Assembly (NCBI GenBank): GCA_964016885.1
Contig: CAXHJY010000106.1
Coordinates: forward strand, 1 to 64,000
Origin: Eledone cirrhosa
Taxonomy: Eukaryota
Direction of reading: 5' to 3'
DNA length: 64,000 nucleotides
Below are positions 59,240 to 64,000 of the stretch, piece after piece. Below the pieces are notes generated by a model. The model saw only the letters and a list, made by a program, of their open reading frames with translations. It made no database searches and had not been told where the DNA came from. The translations under genes were made by a program, and so were the position numbers. How positions within the stretch are numbered: the stretch's first letter is position 1; each line of letters starts with the position of its first letter.

Positions 59240-60340
59240 GTGTAGTGGTGGTATGGTATGGTGGTGGTGGTGGTGGTGGTGGTGGTGGTGGTGGTAAGGT
59301 GGTGGTATGGTGGTGGTATGGTGGTGGTATGGTGGTGGTGGTATCGGTGATAGTGGTGATGGTGGTGGTGGTGGTGGTGGTAAGGTGGTGGTAAGGTGGT
59401 GGTGTCGGTGATAGTGGTGGTGGTGGTGTGGTGGTGGTGTCGGTGATAGTGGTGGTAAGGTGGTGGTGTCGGTGATAGTGGTGGTGGTGGTGGTGGTATT
59501 GGTGATAGTGGTGGTGGTGGTGGTGGTATGGTGGTGGTATTGGTGATAGTGGTGGTGGCTGTGGTGGTGGTAGTATGGTGGTGGTAGTATGGTGGTGGTA
59601 GTATGGTGGTGGTAGTATGGTGGTGGTGTCGGTGATAGTGGTGGTGGTGGTGGTGGTGGTGGTGGTGGTGGTGGTGGTGGTCTCGGTGATAGTGGTGGCG
59701 GTGGTGGTGGTATGGTGGTGGTATCGGTGATAGTGGTGGTGCTGGTGGTGGTATGGTGGTGGTATGGGTGGTGGTGGTGGTATGGTGGTGGTATCGGTGA
59801 TAATGGTGGTGGTGGTATGGTGGTGGTATGGTGGTGGTATTGGTGATAGTGGTGGTGGTGGTATGGTGGTGGTATCGGTGATAGTGGTGGTGGTGGTGGT
59901 GGTATGGTGGTGGTATCGGGAGATAGTGGTGCTGGTGGTGGTGGTATGGTGGTGGTATTGATGATTGTGGTGCTGGTGCTGGTATTGGTGATAGTGGTGC
60001 TGGTGGTGTTGGCGGTATGGTTGTAGTGGTGGGGGGGTGTTGTTTGTGCTGGTGGTGTTGGTGGTACGGTGGTGCTGTTGGTAATGTTAGGGGGGGGTGA
60101 TAGTGGTGCTGGTGGTGTTGGTGGTACGGTTGGTGTTGCTGGTGTTATGGTGGTGGTGGCGCGGTATGTAATGGTCATATGGTGTTGGTGTTGGTGGTAT
60201 GGTGCTGGTGCTGGTTTTAGTGGTGTTGGTGGTGATGATGTTGTTGTTGTGGTGGTGGTGGTGGAGGTTGTGGTCGGTTTAATGGTGAGAGTTGTGGTGG
60301 TGGAGGTTGTGGTCGGTTTAATGGTGAGAGTTGTGGTGCT
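59240..60340. repeat. (GGT)n-based low-complexity repeat
   Basis: Imperfect ggtggt runs with a ggtgatagt sub-motif. Confidence 0.9.
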
Positions 60341-60344
60341 ATAG

Positions 60345-60502
60345 GTGGTAACCAATAGCAGAGTCGTTAGAACGTCAGATAGAACGCTTTATGGTATTTG
60401 TTCCAGCTCTCTGCTCTCCGAGTTCAAATCCTACTGAGGTCAACTTCCCCTTTCATCATTTCGAGGTCGATAAAAGAAGTACCAGTCTAATACTGGGGTC
60501 GA
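60345..60502 (+). mobile_element. diverged SINE family A variant
   Basis: B box GAGTTCAAATCC followed by gaggtcaactt...gaggtcgataaaagaagtaccag. Confidence 0.7.
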
Positions 60503-61440
60503 TTCTTCTTCTATATCCCTGTCTTACTTCCATTCTCTCCCTCTGTGTGTGTGTCTCTCTCTCTCTCAGTCTCTGAAAGAAGTCTTTTGTGTTCAGACTT
60601 CGAAAGGCGAACAGCTCCGCCTCGTTTTAAAAAATGCCCTAGACACGCCCTATGCTACTACAGCGCCCCCGTACGACTCCATCAGGAGTTATGGGACCAT
60701 GCGTTCATGCATATCTCTTATGTATCTTACTGACCTAGAAAAAGAAATATGTTTGCGTTACGTTACTGAGCCAAGACAAAGCCACGTCAAACGAGAAACT
60801 ACGTCGTTGCTCGAGCTGCAAGAAATAGCAGCCAAATTTCCTTCAAATCATACACATATTTACTTTCTTAGCAAGAAGACGATCACCAACATCAAAGCTC
60901 GACCAACGTCACCAACGCTTAATCAACCAGCAATGAAATAGCAGCCAATCTTTCCTCAAACGAGACACAGACGTCTGTGCACTCTTATCACCTGAAGAAT
61001 TCATAGAGTCGAAGTCCACACCTATATTTTCATAAAGATTCCTACACACCGACACGCATATATTTTGATAAGGGCTCATACATACATACATACATACATA
61101 CATACATACATACAAGTACAATCCATTAATAGAACAGTAAAAAATATGTAAAACATTCCAAAAATGTTACATCGAATAACTGCATATACACATGTACAGA
61201 TACAAAACATATGCACATGCACAGATACAACTCAAAACATCCACATCCACACATACAATAACATGCATATCTACACATGCATGCATGCATGCATGCATGC
61301 ATGCATAATCTACCTAGTTGAGGTTGTGTAAATTCCAATGAGAGAGTCTTGTGTCTATGTTAGAAACCGACTCACTCTCTCTATTGGCAAACATTTGTGA
61401 AATTATAAAACCAGAAGAACATAGATATACACACACACAT

Positions 61441-61464
61441 ACATACATACATACATACATACAT

Positions 61465-61516
<52 letters not shown>

Positions 61517-61745
61517 ACATACATACATATATACATACATACATACATACATACATACATACATACATACATACATACATGATGGCTGCAAATTCGTTTT
61601 CGAGCAATGCCATCGCCCGATAAAATGCTAAAAAATGTGAGGCACGAATGTGGCTCTTTAAACCAGCCAAAGACTTGGACTCTTTGGCACATACATGGCA
61701 ACTGTAGGCTCTTCTGGGACTTTCCATTGTGTTGTTCTGGCTGTG
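61441..61745 (-). pseudogene. 3' end of RTE-like LINE with C2H2-like terminus and (TATG)n tail
   Basis: Translation YSCHVCAKESKSLAGLKSHIRASH (CxxC...GLxSH), a short UTR, then directly ATGTATGTATG... on the element strand. Confidence 0.6.
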
Positions 61746-62004
61746 TGTTCTCATACGTACACACGTATATACAAGTAGAGTCTCATATATTTACATAAAG
61801 ACGCATACACACATGTATGCATATTCACACACACACACCACACACACACATATATATATATATATAGACATATATTTACATAAAGACACCTATATATAAA
61901 TAAAAACTCGCTATAGTCACACGTAGATACACATATTTACACAGGCACATAGCATTTCCAACACTGTCGAGTTGAATAACACAAACCTAGCCCATTGCCA
62001 TAAC

Positions 62005-63064
62005 ATCCACCACCGCCACCACAACTATCACCGCCATTATCTCCCCCTAACCGCCACCCTCATCATCACCATCACCATCACCACCACCATCACCACCACC
62101 ACCACCACCACAACTATCACCGCCATTGTCTCCCCCTAACCGCCACCATCATCATCACCATCACCACCACCATCACCACCACAACAACTATCACCGCCAT
62201 TATATCCCCCTAACCGCCACACTCATCATCACCATCACCATCACCATCACCACCACCACCACAACTATCACCGCCATTGTCTCCCCCTAACTGCCACCAT
62301 CATCATCACCATCACCACCACCACCACCACAATTATCACCGCCATTATATCCCCTTAACCGCCACACTCATCATCACCATCATCACCACCACAACTATCA
62401 CCGCCATTATATCCCCCTAACCGCCACCCTCATCATCACCATCACCATCACCATCACCACCACCACCACAATTATCACCGCCATTATATCCCCCTAACCG
62501 CCACACTCATCATCACCATCATCACCACCACCACCACAACAACTATCACCGCCATTATATCCCCCTAACCGCCACCATCACCACCACCACCACCACCACC
62601 ACCACAACTATCACCGCCATTATACCCCCTAACCGCCACCATCATCATCACCATCACCACCACCACCAATACGAACAAAACTACCACCAATGCTGCCACT
62701 ACTGCATTTATCAAAAACAACATTACCACCAATACCAATATTAATATCAACACTACCACCACCACAACCACCACTACTTCTACTACTACCACTACCACTA
62801 CCACTACTACTACTACCACTACTACTACTAGTAAGAGCAATGCGTCGACCACAACTGCCACTACCAATAGCAACACCAAGACCGCCACCACTACCATCAT
62901 TAACACCAACACTACCACCACAACACCACAACCACCACCACTACTACTACTACCACTACTATTACTACCAAGAGCATTACAACGACCACAACTGCCACTA
63001 CCAATACCAACACCAAGACCGCCATTAACACCAACACTACCACCACAACCACCACTACTACTAG

Positions 63065-63103
<39 letters not shown>

Positions 63104-63201
63104 CAAGAGCAATACGACGACCACAACTGCCACTACCAACACCGCCACCACTACCGTCATTAACACCAACACTACCACCACAACCACCACTACTACTAGT
63201 G

Positions 63202-63235
<34 letters not shown>

Positions 63236-63620
63236 CAAGAGCAATACGACGACCACAACTGCCACTACCAACACCGCCACCACTACCATCATTAACACCA
63301 ACACTACCACCATCGCCAGTATCTATACCATGACCACTACCATCATCAACGACATCAAAAGCACCACGAGCACCAGCACCACAGCCACCATTAACACCAC
63401 CACCAGCAACAACAACAGCAACACCACCACCACCATCAACATCAGAATATGCACCACTACCACCACCACCACTACCATCACTATACCACCACCACCAACA
63501 ACAACAGTAACAGCAACACCACCACCAACAACAACAGCAAAACATGCATTACTACCACCACCCCCATAACTACCACCAACACGACCAACACCACCACCAT
63601 CACCACCACAACCAGCAGCA
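62005..63620. repeat. ~55-70-bp minisatellite (62005-62665) followed by ACC/ACT low-complexity repeats
   Basis: Core caactatcaccgccattatatccccctaaccgccac occurs ~10 times with variable CAC/CAT spacers. Confidence 0.85.
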
Positions 63621-64000
63621 AAACAAAACCTTTGACTCTAATATACCCAGATATTTACCCACTACCCCCTTCTAATTGTACCTAACCCCCCCCAGTTTAA
63701 CCTACTGTGGGGAGACTAATTGGTTCCAACTGGGTACGAACTCGGGTTCAACGTAATGTGGGGGTTAAAGGAGAGAAAGAGAGAGAGACTGTGAGAGAGA
63801 GAGAGAAAGAGAGAGAGAGAAAGAGAGAGAGAGAGAAAGAGAGAGAGAGAAAGAGAGAGAGAGAGAAAGAGAATGAAAGAGAAAGAAAGGGAGAGGGGGA
63901 AAGAGAAAGAGAGAGGGGGAAGAGAGAGATAAAAAGAGGAATCTTGTTTGCTTTCGCTGAAAGTTATGTGGGTCACATGAGCTGGTGCACTTTTCTGTTA

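Overview
Eukaryotic, AT-rich, repeat-dominated DNA with no recognisable host-gene exon. It is probably an octopus or other coleoid cephalopod; this is an inference from the tRNA-derived SINE families and the extreme TA/CA/GA/CATA microsatellite load. Almost all ORFs in the supplied track are microsatellite artefacts. The one long genuine coding region is a 5'-truncated, still open R4/Dong-type non-LTR retrotransposon (RT, CCHC, RLE endonuclease; 44544-46526, minus strand) sitting in a (CATA)n tract. There are also short CRE-, RTE- and L1/Tx1-like LINE 3' remnants, about 20 SINE copies, hAT- and Tc1-like MITEs, and several minisatellite arrays, three of them derived from SINE or tRNA-like sequence. 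The most striking signal is a set of sequence-unrelated small elements inside (TA)n tracts that share one architecture: a near-perfect long inverted repeat, usually a minimal type-I hammerhead ribozyme core (CTGANGA...GAAA...TH), and a tail hairpin RCTC...GAGY that shows compensatory covariation and starts 2-9 nt from the end of the inverted arm. This is consistent with a diverse population of Penelope-like element termini or retrozyme-like non-autonomous elements. All folding and alignment was done by eye, and nothing was database-searched.
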